This document shows, in pieces, positions 1 to 10,602 of a stretch of DNA of 64,000 nt (positions within the stretch are counted from its first letter, which is position 1; each line of letters begins with the position of its first letter). A program made the translations under genes and the position numbers. The notes beneath the pieces were generated by a model. That model did not search any database, was not told where the DNA came from, and saw only the letters and a list, made by a program, of their open reading frames with translations. The stretch is from Planctomycetota bacterium (GTDB taxonomy: Bacteria; Planctomycetota; UBA1135; UBA2386): contig OZ245006.1 of NCBI GenBank assembly GCA_965223545.1, forward strand, positions 640,001 through 704,000, written 5' to 3'.

Positions 1-1265
1 AAGCCGCCGTACACACCGTACGGCACGCTGAGCAAGTTGCGGCCCAAGAACGGACTCTTGGTCAAGAACAGCGGCAGACAACCGCGCCACTGCCGCCCCT
101 GCTCCGCCACCAGATAGATCGGCGAGTGCCGGAACACGTCGTGCACGACCTTGCGCCAGCCCGACAGGTGAAAGAACGAGCCATCGGGGTGCTGGCGCAC
201 GAACGCGTCCCAGCGCGCGTCCTCGCCGGGGAGCAGCTCGCGCACTCGCAACGGCTGGTCGTCGCTCGGCGCCGCGCTGACCACCGAGTCCGGCGTGAAG
301 TCCTCCGCGCCGGCGACCTCGTCCTCGACGCGGAAGTCGCGCAGATTCCGCGCCTGCGTGAAGATGATGATCTCGCCGACCAGACCGAAGCCGATCAGCT
401 GCACACCGAAGGCGATCAGGATCGCGCCGAGCACGAGCACCGGGTTCTCCGCCGAGCGCTCGGCGGAGATGTCGGTCGAGAATTTGTTCCACAAGGCGAT
501 GCCGGCGAACACCGCGCCGACCAGCATCAGCAAGAGCCCCAGCATGCCGAAGAAGCGCAGCGGCCGCTGGGTGAACCGCGTCAAGAACGTGACCGCGAGG
601 ATGTCCAGCGAGCGGCGCAGGTAGACGCCGAGCCCGTAGAACCCGTGCCGGCCCATCTCTTCGCGGTGCCGCACCTTCACCTCGACGGTGCGGAACCCCT
701 GGCGCATCGCCAGTACCGGCAGGAACCGATACTGCTCCCCGTAGACGTTGACCTGCTCCAGCACGCGGCGGTGCATCCCGCGCACGCTGCTGTTGAGGTC
801 GTGGAAGGACACGCCCATCAACAGTCCCATGGTCTTGTTGAACAGCTTGGACTGCAGCTGGTTGAGCCATGGGTCGACGCGCGGGTGCCGCCACGTGGCG
901 ACGAACTCGGCGCCGTTCTCCAACGCGTGCACGATCTTGATGAGGTCGTCGGGCTCGGCCTGCAGGTAGGGCGGCACGTTGATGATGAACTCGCCGGCGG
1001 CGCGCTCGACGCCAGCCGACAGGGCGATCGACTCGCCGAAGCCGCCGCCCTGCAGCCGCACGACCTTGATCGGGTGGTTGTGGGCGCTATCGCGCAGCTG
1101 CTGCTCGACAGCGCCGGCGACACCGTCGAGCACGAAGACGAACTCGTGCGCCTGCCCGGCGCGCTGCATCGCTCCGCCGTAGCCGTCGACCAACGCGGCG
1201 ATGTCGGTCGAAGGACTCGACACCGGGATCACCAGTGACACCAACCGGTCCCCGCGCACGCTCAT
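1..1265 (-). CDS. Fusion of a degenerate GT2 (ArnC/DPM1-like) glycosyltransferase and a FemAB-like (XrtA/PEP-CTERM-associated) GNAT domain; 3' end runs off the window
   Basis: Not in the ORF track. ATG at 1265 overlaps the upstream stop (ATGA) and the frame stays open to position 1. Reads MSVRGDRLVSLVIPV...two TM helices...GEIIIFTQARNLRDFRVEDE, then WDAFVRQHPDGSFFHLSGW...LPLFLTKSPFLGRNLLSVPYGVYGG, typical of FemAB-like N-termini. Confidence 0.8.
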   Translation of the reverse strand, partial: MSVRGDRLVSLVIPVSSPSTDIAALVDGYGGAMQRAGQAHEFVFVLDGVAGAVEQQLRDSAHNHPIKVVRLQGGGFGESIALSAGVERAAGEFIINVPPYLQAEPDDLIKIVHALENGAEFVATWRHPRVDPWLNQLQSKLFNKTMGLLMGVSFHDLNSSVRGMHRRVLEQVNVYGEQYRFLPVLAMRQGFRTVEVKVRHREEMGRHGFYGLGVYLRRSLDILAVTFLTRFTQRPLRFFGMLGLLLMLVGAVFAGIALWNKFSTDISAERSAENPVLVLGAILIAFGVQLIGFGLVGEIIIFTQARNLRDFRVEDEVAGAEDFTPDSVVSAAPSDDQPLRVRELLPGEDARWDAFVRQHPDGSFFHLSGWRKVVHDVFRHSPIYLVAEQGRQWRGCLPLFLTKSPFLGRNLLSVPYGVYGG

Positions 1266-2269
1266 CGCGCCGCCTCCCGCACGGTGACGCTCACGCGCTG
1301 GCGAAAGAACCCCGAAGCCTTCATCTGCAGCTCGGCCAGGAAACCCAGCAGAGCGACGTTGATCGCAACGACCGCGGTCACCGCGGCACCGCTCATGTGC
1401 CAGGTGTCGAAGCCGGTGGCCACCAGCTGCCAGTTCTCGATCTTGAACCAGCCCGAGATGAAGAACACGGGCGCAGCGAAGAACAGCGGCGCCGACAGCA
1501 AGATGAACCACCGGATCGGATGCGCCGCGAACTGGATCAGCATCTTGATGACGACCAGGTCGGCCAGCACCCGGAAGATCCGGCCGAGCCCGTACTTGGA
1601 CTTGCCGAACCGGCGGGCGTGGTGGCGCACCGGCACTTCGGTGACCCGCGCGCCCAGGCCGGCGGCCAGCGCCGCGATGAAGCGGTGCATGTCGGAGTAC
1701 AGATCCAGGCTGCGCACGACCCAGAGCCGGTAGGCCTTGAGCGAGCAGCCCGTGTCGTGGATCGAAACCCCGGTGACCCAGGAGATCATCAGGTTGGCGA
1801 TGCGCGACGGCAGCAACCGGGTCACCAGCGCGTCTTTCCGGTCACGGCGCCAGCCGCAGACGATGTCGAAGCCCTGCTCGAGCCGCTCGATCATGCGCGG
1901 GATGTCGGCGGGGTCGTTCTGCAGGTCGGCGTCCATGGTGACCACCGCTGCGCCGGTCGCCCGCTCGAACCCGGCTGCCATCGCCGCGGTTTGCCCGTAG
2001 TTGCGACGAAACAGCACCACGCGCACCCGGCTGTCGTCAGCCGCCAGCGCCGAGAGCACGGCGCGCGAGCCGTCCGTACTGCCGTCGTCGACGAAGATCA
2101 GCTCGTAGCTGTCGCCATACGACTGCAGCGACCAGCTCAGCGATTCGTACAGAGCACCGAGAGACTCGACCTCGTTGTACACGGGGATCACCACGCTGAC
2201 CCCCGTGGTCGGCGTGACGTCTTTGGCTGGATGATCTCCAGCGCGGCCGTTTCGCGGCGTTGTGTTCAC
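1262..2269 (-). CDS. GT2 polyprenol-phosphate glycosyltransferase (ArnC/DPM1-like)
   Basis: VSVVIPVYNE, FVDDGSTD, RNYGQTAA, TMDADLQNDP, HDTGCSLKAYR, two C-terminal TM helices. Confidence 0.92.
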   Translation of the reverse strand: MNTTPRNGRAGDHPAKDVTPTTGVSVVIPVYNEVESLGALYESLSWSLQSYGDSYELIFVDDGSTDGSRAVLSALAADDSRVRVVLFRRNYGQTAAMAAGFERATGAAVVTMDADLQNDPADIPRMIERLEQGFDIVCGWRRDRKDALVTRLLPSRIANLMISWVTGVSIHDTGCSLKAYRLWVVRSLDLYSDMHRFIAALAAGLGARVTEVPVRHHARRFGKSKYGLGRIFRVLADLVVIKMLIQFAAHPIRWFILLSAPLFFAAPVFFISGWFKIENWQLVATGFDTWHMSGAAVTAVVAINVALLGFLAELQMKASGFFRQRVSVTVREAAR

Positions 2270-2396
2270 AGCTGCTGTCGCCGAGTGTGCGGGGAGCCCC
2301 GCGTCAACATAGCGTCACGCCGCGACGAGCCCACCGCCAAACGGCATTGCCCGGCAGCTGCGCGCTCGGGGCCGGTGACGCTGCTGCACGCCCGTC

Positions 2397-2837
2397 TCAC
2401 GGGCTGGCCGCCACCCAGAGAAGCGCGGCGATGAGGGCGAGCAGCGCGACCCAAGCCGCCACCTGCCGCCAGGTACGCCACGCGCGCCGCCGATGGCCGG
2501 GCCCTTGCAGCAGCAAGCCGACCGCGTGATCGAGGTGGCGCTCGGCGGCGCGGTAGTCCCCCGCCGCCGCGACCTCGTGCATGGTGTGGACCATTCCCGG
2601 CAGGGCGTCGACCAACTGCGCGGGCGCCTCCAGAAAATCCTGCAGGCGGGGTCCCTTGAACTCGCGCACGAGCAACACGTCGCCGGCAGCGCCGGCCGGG
2701 GCCAACACGTCCTCGCCGCCGCCCACGACGAGCCGGAGCCCGCCCGACTCAGCGGTGTCCGCACAAGACGCACACGAAACGCCGCTCACTGGTTCCCCGC
2801 AACGGGGACACGGGGTCACATCGCGCGAGCTACTCAC
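2397..2837 (-). CDS. Hypothetical protein with N-terminal CxxC...CxxC Zn-ribbon and C-terminal TM helix
   Basis: GTG at 2837; CPRCGEPVSGVSCASC; C-terminal hydrophobic VAAWVALLALIAALLWVA. The upstream extension in the ORF track overlaps the divergent gene. Confidence 0.6.
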   Translation of the reverse strand: MSSSRDVTPCPRCGEPVSGVSCASCADTAESGGLRLVVGGGEDVLAPAGAAGDVLLVREFKGPRLQDFLEAPAQLVDALPGMVHTMHEVAAAGDYRAAERHLDHAVGLLLQGPGHRRRAWRTWRQVAAWVALLALIAALLWVAASP

Positions 2838-2846
2838 CGCATCATC

Positions 2847-2874
2847 TATCGGTCCCGCGGCCGGCACGCTTGAG
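2847..2874 (-). promoter_or_regulatory. Sigma28 (FliA/WhiG)-like promoter CTCAAG-N15-ACCGATA
   Basis: Read directly on the minus strand just upstream of GTG 2837; the same motif and spacing occur at 35800-35827. Confidence 0.5.
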
Positions 2875-3007
2875 GTGCGACAGCGCCATCGCCCCACGCC
2901 AACGCCAGTTGCGCAATCGCGCGGGACCGGTGGCCGACACCGCCCGACCACCGCCATTGCAACCGGCCTGGCAACGGCCAAGATCTGCAACCGACCCGCG
3001 CCTCCGA

Positions 3008-4069
3008 ATGGTCCGCCGCCTTCGCATCGCCGTCGTCGCCGACGGCCCCACCGAGCTTCCCGCGCTGCTGGGCCGCGCTCGTGCGCGCGCTCAGATCCGG
3101 CTGTTCCGCGACCTCTACGCCGAGGCGGAAGCCCTGCGCCGCTACCAACCCGCGGTGGTGTTCGTCGTGCTCGGCGAGATGGAACCGCAGGACGAGGGCG
3201 CGCTGCGCATGCTGCGCGCGTGGATGCCGGACACCGGCCTCGTCCTCGCCGGTGAGAGCCCGGATCTCGGTCTGCAGGCCATCGCGACACCGTTGCACGC
3301 CGCGGTCTTGCCCGCAGAGCCCAGCGTCGAACAACTCGACACCGCGCTGCAGGACGCCGAGACCAACGCCAACGGCGACGTGACCGCCAGCCTGATCGAT
3401 CTGGTGGGCGGTCTCTCCGACGAGATCAACAACCCGTTGATGGTCACCGCCGGCTACGTGCAGCTGCTCGAGAGCCGGCTGGCCGAGCTCGACCAAGATC
3501 ACGCGGCGCTGGCCGATCTGGTGCAGCAGATCAAGGCCGGGGTCGCCCGCGTGAGCGCGACGATGGACAAGGTCGCACTGCTGACGCGCGCCGCTGAAGC
3601 GGCCGCCCCGGAGGTCGTCGTCGACCTCGCGCCGCTGGTCGCCTCCGCGCTCGAGCAGCGGCAGGCCACAGCCGGCGATGAGCCCGATTTGCGGCTCGCC
3701 ACGCCGCTGCCGGAAAGCGTCGCCGTCCTCGGCCACGAAGCCCTGCTCCAGGCCATGGTCGGGCAGCTTTGCGCCTGCGGTGTCGGGCTCTTGGCCCCCG
3801 GCGGAATCGCGCACGTGGCACTGCTCCGCGAGGGGGTCGAGTGCGTGCTGGAGCTGCGGCTGTCGTCGACTACGGTCCCCAGTTGGCGCCTCGCCCGCAC
3901 CTTCGAGCCGTACTACCTGAGCCGCTTGCTGCGCGGCACGGCGGAGGGGCTCGGTCTGTTCCTGGTCCAGCTCGTGGCCCACGGCCACGGTGGACACGCG
4001 CGGGCCGAGTGGGCCACCGACGGCGGTGCCGCACTTCGCGTCACCCTACCGGCGGCAAAAACGGATTAG
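3008..4069 (+). CDS. Degenerate hybrid histidine kinase (pseudo-receiver + HisKA + HATPase); likely pseudokinase
   Basis: H-box GLSDEINNPL (Asp in place of His), F-box FEPYY and G2 GLGL retained, no N-box Asn or DxGxG. Confidence 0.8.
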   Translation: MVRRLRIAVVADGPTELPALLGRARARAQIRLFRDLYAEAEALRRYQPAVVFVVLGEMEPQDEGALRMLRAWMPDTGLVLAGESPDLGLQAIATPLHAAVLPAEPSVEQLDTALQDAETNANGDVTASLIDLVGGLSDEINNPLMVTAGYVQLLESRLAELDQDHAALADLVQQIKAGVARVSATMDKVALLTRAAEAAAPEVVVDLAPLVASALEQRQATAGDEPDLRLATPLPESVAVLGHEALLQAMVGQLCACGVGLLAPGGIAHVALLREGVECVLELRLSSTTVPSWRLARTFEPYYLSRLLRGTAEGLGLFLVQLVAHGHGGHARAEWATDGGAALRVTLPAAKTD

Positions 4070-4135
4070 CCGGCGGCAGCGGCCGGTCGATACCTGCAGA
4101 ACGTCCATCTGTCTGGACGTGTTGGGCTCTTGCAC

Positions 4136-5527
<1,392 letters not shown>

Positions 5528-5616
5528 CCTCGACGACCGCGGCGTTCCGCTATCTTGGTTGGCGTCGGGTCGCCGGCGCCGGCATGCTCCGGCCGCCGAG
5601 AGCCCTTTGATCGCGC

Positions 5617-8600
5617 ATGCTCCGTCGCAGCCTCACGATTCTGTCCGCGTTCACCATCCTCGCCCTCGCTCTGACCGTGGGCTACGCCGCGTTCGGGCTA
5701 TCGGGACCGGAAACGGTGATCCGCGAGGCCGAGGAAGAGCTCGCCGCCGGCCGCCCGCAGAACGCCATCGCCCGCCTCAGTCTGGTCGAGCGCTCGCTGG
5801 GCGGCGCCGGTGAGGAGCCGCTCGTGCGGCGCATGTGCGAGGTGCGCGCCCGGGCCCACCTCGCGATGCACAGCTACCGGCACGCGCTGCCGGCGCTGGA
5901 GCTGCTGGTCGATCAGTACGCCCCCGGTGAGCGCGAGCTCGAGCTGCTTTTGATCGAGACCCTGGTCGACAACGGCGACAGCCAGGCGGCGCTGCGCCGC
6001 GCGCGCCAGCTGTTGGAGAGCGAGCCCGGCGATCCCCGGGTGCTCGAGCTGGCCGGCAGTGCCCTGTACCAGCAGTTCACGACTCAATTCGACGAACTCG
6101 TCGCCGAGCTGGAGATCGGCCTGCCGCGGGCGCTCGTCGGTGAGGCGAAGGCGACCCTCGCTCCGTACCTCTATCGCCATCCGCACGGCCTGATCGGCAA
6201 TCGAGCCAAGGCCGATTTCGACGCCTTGATCGCGCGCCACCAACACGGCGCCTCCGCCAGCCTGTACGACGCTCCGATCCAGCGCATGCTGCCCGCCATC
6301 CGCGGTGCGATCGACTTCTACCGCCAGTCGATCGCGGCCGGCGGTGAGCCGACGACCGCCTACCGCGACTTGGCCCGCATCACCCTCGCTGCGGGCCGCG
6401 CCGACGACGCGTTGGCGTTGGCGCAGGCCTACTTGCGGCGCTTCGAAGGCGCCACCGCGATCCGCGCCGCCCTCGACGCGGCACGGATCCACGCGCACGC
6501 CGGGCGCGACCGCCGCGCGGCGGCGATCGCGACGCGTTTTCTGCGGTCCGATGCCTGGCGGCCGCACCTCTCCGACGAGACCACGGCGGAGCTGCGCGCA
6601 CTGGCGTTGACCGCGGGGAGAGCGCTCGATCGACTCGCCGACGGCGCCGAGCTGCTCGCCCTGGTCGAGACCATCGATGGCATCGAGCAGCACCTGGTAG
6701 AGGTCGCCGACGACGCCGATGCGCCGGCGGACATGGCGCCCGAGGCGGGCCTGGTCCGCGGCTACGCGGCGCTGCACGCGGGAGACGGTGAGCGCGCCGA
6801 GGAGCTGACCGGGCCGCTGCATTTCCACGCCAACGCGGACCGCCAGCCGGCAACCGGCGAGAGCCTGATCGGCGAGATCATGCGCTTGCGGCTGCGCGCT
6901 TGGCGGCAGAGCGGCCGGGGTCCGGGCCAGTACCGATGGATCTGTGAGCAGTGGCGTCAGCTGGCACCGGACGATCCCGAGCCCTTGCGCCTCTCGGTGG
7001 CCAGCGCCCTGCAGCACAACAACGTCGTCCTCAACGACGCCGTCCAGCTGCGCTCGCTGGCACCACATGACGACGAAGCGTTGCGGCTGTACGCCGCCGC
7101 GGTCGACGCCGCGCGCGCCGGTTCCGGCCGCGATAGCAACGCACTCTTCAAGCAAGCCGTGCAGCTGCGTGGACAACTGCCACGGCATCTCGGCGAGCCG
7201 GCGCTGCTGTTGCCCGTCGCCGAACGAGCGCTGGCCGAAGACCAGCCCGGCATTGCCGCCGAAGCCGCCCGCCGCGCTGCGCAGGAGTATCCGTGGGCGG
7301 TACAACCACGCCGACTCTGGGCCGCGGCGGCGCACGCCCTCGGCAACACCGCCGAGGCGAGCCGCGTGCTGGACACTCTGGTCACGTTCCACCCCGATCG
7401 CCCGGACCTGCTGCCGGCGCTGGTCGAAGCACGACAGCGGGCCGACCAGCCGATCGACGACCTGCTCTACGAACTCGCGATCGGCGCACCGGCCTCCGCC
7501 GAGCTCGCGACGGCGCTGCTCCGGCGGTGCATCGCACGCCGGGACTGGATCTCGGCCCGGCGCTTCGCGATCCGCTTGGCGCCGCTGTTCGCCGACAGCC
7601 CGGACGTGCTGGCGGCGACGGCCGACGCGCTCTCGCTCGGCGGCAACACTTGGCTTGCCAAGCGGCTGCTGCTGCCGATGTTTCGCGGCATCTTCGACGC
7701 GGATCCCCAACAGGCGGCGCCGGTCGCCCGGCGCTACCTCGTGCTGGCCGCCCAGTCGCGTGATTTCGCCACCGTGCGCGCCATCGCCGACTCGACGATC
7801 GAGCTGCTGCGCGACGATCCCGCGCAGTTGGTCGAGATCGCCGAACAGCTGATCGCCGCGCACGCGCCGGCGCCGGCCTACGACGCTCTCCAGCACGTCC
7901 TACAAGATCCCGCGCACACCGGCGCGCGCGATGGCACCGTTCATCTGCTGGCCGGCAGGGCAGCGCTCGCGATGGGCCGCATCGAAGACGCCGAACACGC
8001 ACTGACCGCGGCCCTGACCTTCGCCGACGGGCGCGCCGCCAGCCGGCTGCTGACCCTGCTCATGCTGGATCAAGGGCGCGCGACCGAAGCCGCCAGCGCT
8101 TACCTGGAAGAGGCGGCGACCGACCCGACCAGTGCCGCGATCATGCTGCGGCTGGGACGCGCGGCGGAGGCAGGTCGCTGGGTCGACGCGACGCTGCGGG
8201 CCGACCTCGCCAACTGGAAGGCATTGTGTCTGGCCGCGGTGCTGCGCCCGAACAAGAAGACCTCGTCGCCGATCGGCGAACTCGTCGAGGCCGCGCCCGA
8301 GTTGCTCGTCGACGTCATCGCCTACGCCGGCGAGTCCGGCTTCGAGCAGATCGGGTTGCAGCGCGCGAAACAGCTCCGGCAGCGCTTTCCCGACAACAGC
8401 TTGGCGCGGCTGGCCCACGCGCACGCGCTCTCGCAAGCCGGCAACGACGAGGCCGCACTGGCGCAGCTCGCCCAGCTCGTGCAGCACGATTCGGCGGTGG
8501 CCGCCCTCGACGAGCTGGTGCGGGTTCTCGCCGAGCACGACCCGGAGCAACTGACGAGTCCGGAGATGGTCCAGCGCGTCGCGCAGGTGGTCCGCGCCAA

Positions 8601-9666
8601 CCCGGGCCTCTGCACGCCACGTCTGATGGCGCAAGGTCTGCGCAACGCCGCGCAGCTGCTGGCGGGCGCGGACCAGCCCACACCGGCGGCAGCCGCCACT
8701 CTGGCGACGCTGTGGACGCGCTTTCCGGTGGAGACCGGCGCGGGCGTCGCCGAGGTCGAAACCCTTGCCCGTCTCGGTCACGGCGAAGCGGCCGTCGAGC
8801 TGCTCGACGCGTTGGACCGAAGAGTGCCGGCGACCGAGCGCGGCGCGTTCGCGACCGCGGTGGGCCACCTTTGCCAGGAGTGGACGACGACGGCGAGCCC
8901 GGGGATCCGCCGCCAGCTCGATCGGCGCCTGCGGCGCATGATCGAACGCGACGGCGCTTACGGTGCTCTGGTGCACGCCGTGCTCGACCACAGCGCGGCG
9001 GCCAGCGCGCCGACGCCGGCCGAGCGCGACGAGCAGATCGCCCTGCTGGAGGCCCATCTGCGCCTGTTCGAGAGCGAATCGGATCCCGACAGCGGCGCCG
9101 TGGCGCGCACCATCCGGCGGCTGGCGGTGCTCGAGGGGCACGAGGAGACGCTCGAGCGCATCGATCCCATGCTGCGCGATGACCCGTCGCTGGTCGACGT
9201 CTGGCAGCTCCGCGCCACGCTGCTGAGCCAGAGCGGGCTCTACGATCAGGCGCTGCGCAGCCTGCGCTGGCTGGTGCCGATCTACGACAGCGACAGCTTG
9301 GTCTTCGACTACTACTACCTGATGGCGACCCGCGGTGTGGTCGCCGACGACGCCGTCACTGCGCTGGCCCAACGGCTCGGCGAGCGCGCGGACAGCACCC
9401 CGTTCAGCGCGGTCGTCCGCGGCATTCTGCATCTCCGCCTGGGCGAGGCCGAGCGCGCCGCCGCCATCCTCGACGGCACCGAAGCCGGTGGCGACGACCG
9501 CATCTACTACGCGGCGCTCGCTCACTTGGCAGTGCCCGACCCCGAAGCGGCGGAGCGGGCCGCCGCGTACTTCGAGCAGCTCGCGGTCAGCGGCCGCGGC
9601 AATCCGTCGGCAATCGCGAGCGAGATCGCCAGCCTGCTCCGTGGCGCGCGTTCCGCGGGTTTGTGA
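5617..9666 (+). CDS. Large membrane-anchored TPR/alpha-solenoid protein (1349 aa)
   Basis: N-terminal hydrophobic anchor, Ala/Leu-rich helical repeats with TPR-like spacing, GC3-biased codons. Confidence 0.8.
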   Translation: MLRRSLTILSAFTILALALTVGYAAFGLSGPETVIREAEEELAAGRPQNAIARLSLVERSLGGAGEEPLVRRMCEVRARAHLAMHSYRHALPALELLVDQYAPGERELELLLIETLVDNGDSQAALRRARQLLESEPGDPRVLELAGSALYQQFTTQFDELVAELEIGLPRALVGEAKATLAPYLYRHPHGLIGNRAKADFDALIARHQHGASASLYDAPIQRMLPAIRGAIDFYRQSIAAGGEPTTAYRDLARITLAAGRADDALALAQAYLRRFEGATAIRAALDAARIHAHAGRDRRAAAIATRFLRSDAWRPHLSDETTAELRALALTAGRALDRLADGAELLALVETIDGIEQHLVEVADDADAPADMAPEAGLVRGYAALHAGDGERAEELTGPLHFHANADRQPATGESLIGEIMRLRLRAWRQSGRGPGQYRWICEQWRQLAPDDPEPLRLSVASALQHNNVVLNDAVQLRSLAPHDDEALRLYAAAVDAARAGSGRDSNALFKQAVQLRGQLPRHLGEPALLLPVAERALAEDQPGIAAEAARRAAQEYPWAVQPRRLWAAAAHALGNTAEASRVLDTLVTFHPDRPDLLPALVEARQRADQPIDDLLYELAIGAPASAELATALLRRCIARRDWISARRFAIRLAPLFADSPDVLAATADALSLGGNTWLAKRLLLPMFRGIFDADPQQAAPVARRYLVLAAQSRDFATVRAIADSTIELLRDDPAQLVEIAEQLIAAHAPAPAYDALQHVLQDPAHTGARDGTVHLLAGRAALAMGRIEDAEHALTAALTFADGRAASRLLTLLMLDQGRATEAASAYLEEAATDPTSAAIMLRLGRAAEAGRWVDATLRADLANWKALCLAAVLRPNKKTSSPIGELVEAAPELLVDVIAYAGESGFEQIGLQRAKQLRQRFPDNSLARLAHAHALSQAGNDEAALAQLAQLVQHDSAVAALDELVRVLAEHDPEQLTSPEMVQRVAQVVRANPGLCTPRLMAQGLRNAAQLLAGADQPTPAAAATLATLWTRFPVETGAGVAEVETLARLGHGEAAVELLDALDRRVPATERGAFATAVGHLCQEWTTTASPGIRRQLDRRLRRMIERDGAYGALVHAVLDHSAAASAPTPAERDEQIALLEAHLRLFESESDPDSGAVARTIRRLAVLEGHEETLERIDPMLRDDPSLVDVWQLRATLLSQSGLYDQALRSLRWLVPIYDSDSLVFDYYYLMATRGVVADDAVTALAQRLGERADSTPFSAVVRGILHLRLGEAERAAAILDGTEAGGDDRIYYAALAHLAVPDPEAAERAAAYFEQLAVSGRGNPSAIASEIASLLRGARSAGL

Positions 9667-9693
9667 ACCGGGCGCGCTGTGAGTGGCGGGCGT

Positions 9694-10602
9694 CTAGAAC
9701 TCGTGATGAGTTGGAGCCTGGCTCCGTACGTTCAGTAGCGCCTCGGAGCGCAGGGACGGTAGCTCCTCGATACCCGCGAGGGCTTCCGTCAGGCCGACGA
9801 ACGAGAAGCGCTGCAGCAGGCGGTCGAGCTTGGGCAGGGTGCGGCGCAAGTTGACGTAGTGGCGGAAGCCGCGGAGGCCGCCGATCGGGTGGCGGGGCTG
9901 GTCGGGGTCGACTTCCCACGGGTGCAGGTAGACGCAGCCGGGCAGGCCCTGGCGCTGTTGTTGGCGCAGGGCGCGGGCCAAGAGGGCCAAGGGGAACAGG
10001 CGCAGGTAGCCGCCGCCGCCGACCGGCAGTCGCCGGCCGCCGAGCTCGAGCACCAGCGGCGGAAACTCGAGTAGCTCGCGGTCGCCGACCTGCACGCGGT
10101 AGGGCTGCAGCGGAGCGCCGGGCACGCCGTAGTCCGGGTGCTGGATCGGGAACACCGAGCTGTCGACGCGGTAGCCGCGGTCGGCCAGGACCGACAGCGC
10201 CCACGGGGTCCGCGCGGTGATCGACCACGTGCAGGCGCGGAAGCTCTCCGGTCGCTGCCCGGTGATCGACGTGAGGATCTGCTCGGTCTTGGCCAGGTCG
10301 TCGGCGAAGCCGGCGGCGCCCAGCGCGTCGAGGACCTGGTGGTCGTAGCCGTGCGAGCCGATCTCGTGCCCGGCCGAGGCGACCTCGGCGACCAGATCCG
10401 GCAAGCGCTCGGCGATCCAGCCGAGAAAGAAGAACGTGGCCCGCGCGCCGCGGCGCGCGAACAGGTCGAGCAGGCGACGGGTGGCGTCCCCGCAACGCAG
10501 CTCGATGGCATCCCATTCGTCCCGGCCGACGACGTGCTGCATGTTGAGGACTTGGAAGTAGTCCTCGACGTCGACGGAGAGTGCGTGGCGGACCTCAGTC
10601 AC
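9694..10602 (-). CDS. Polysaccharide deacetylase, XrtA/PEP-CTERM-associated type
   Basis: ALSVDVEDYFQV, ATFFFLGWIAE, HEIGSHGYDH, PVGGGGYLRL, YLHPWEVDPDQP. Confidence 0.93.
   Translation of the reverse strand: MTEVRHALSVDVEDYFQVLNMQHVVGRDEWDAIELRCGDATRRLLDLFARRGARATFFFLGWIAERLPDLVAEVASAGHEIGSHGYDHQVLDALGAAGFADDLAKTEQILTSITGQRPESFRACTWSITARTPWALSVLADRGYRVDSSVFPIQHPDYGVPGAPLQPYRVQVGDRELLEFPPLVLELGGRRLPVGGGGYLRLFPLALLARALRQQQRQGLPGCVYLHPWEVDPDQPRHPIGGLRGFRHYVNLRRTLPKLDRLLQRFSFVGLTEALAGIEELPSLRSEALLNVRSQAPTHHEF
9713..9729. repeat. REP-like palindromic element GGAGCCTGGCTCCGTAC (copy 1)
   Basis: Identical 17-mer at 58532-58548; both copies lie at convergent gene junctions. Confidence 0.55.

Noticed and set aside
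126..1238. 370-aa plus-strand ORF
   Set aside because: Antisense shadow of the GT2-FemAB fusion, in codon register with it.
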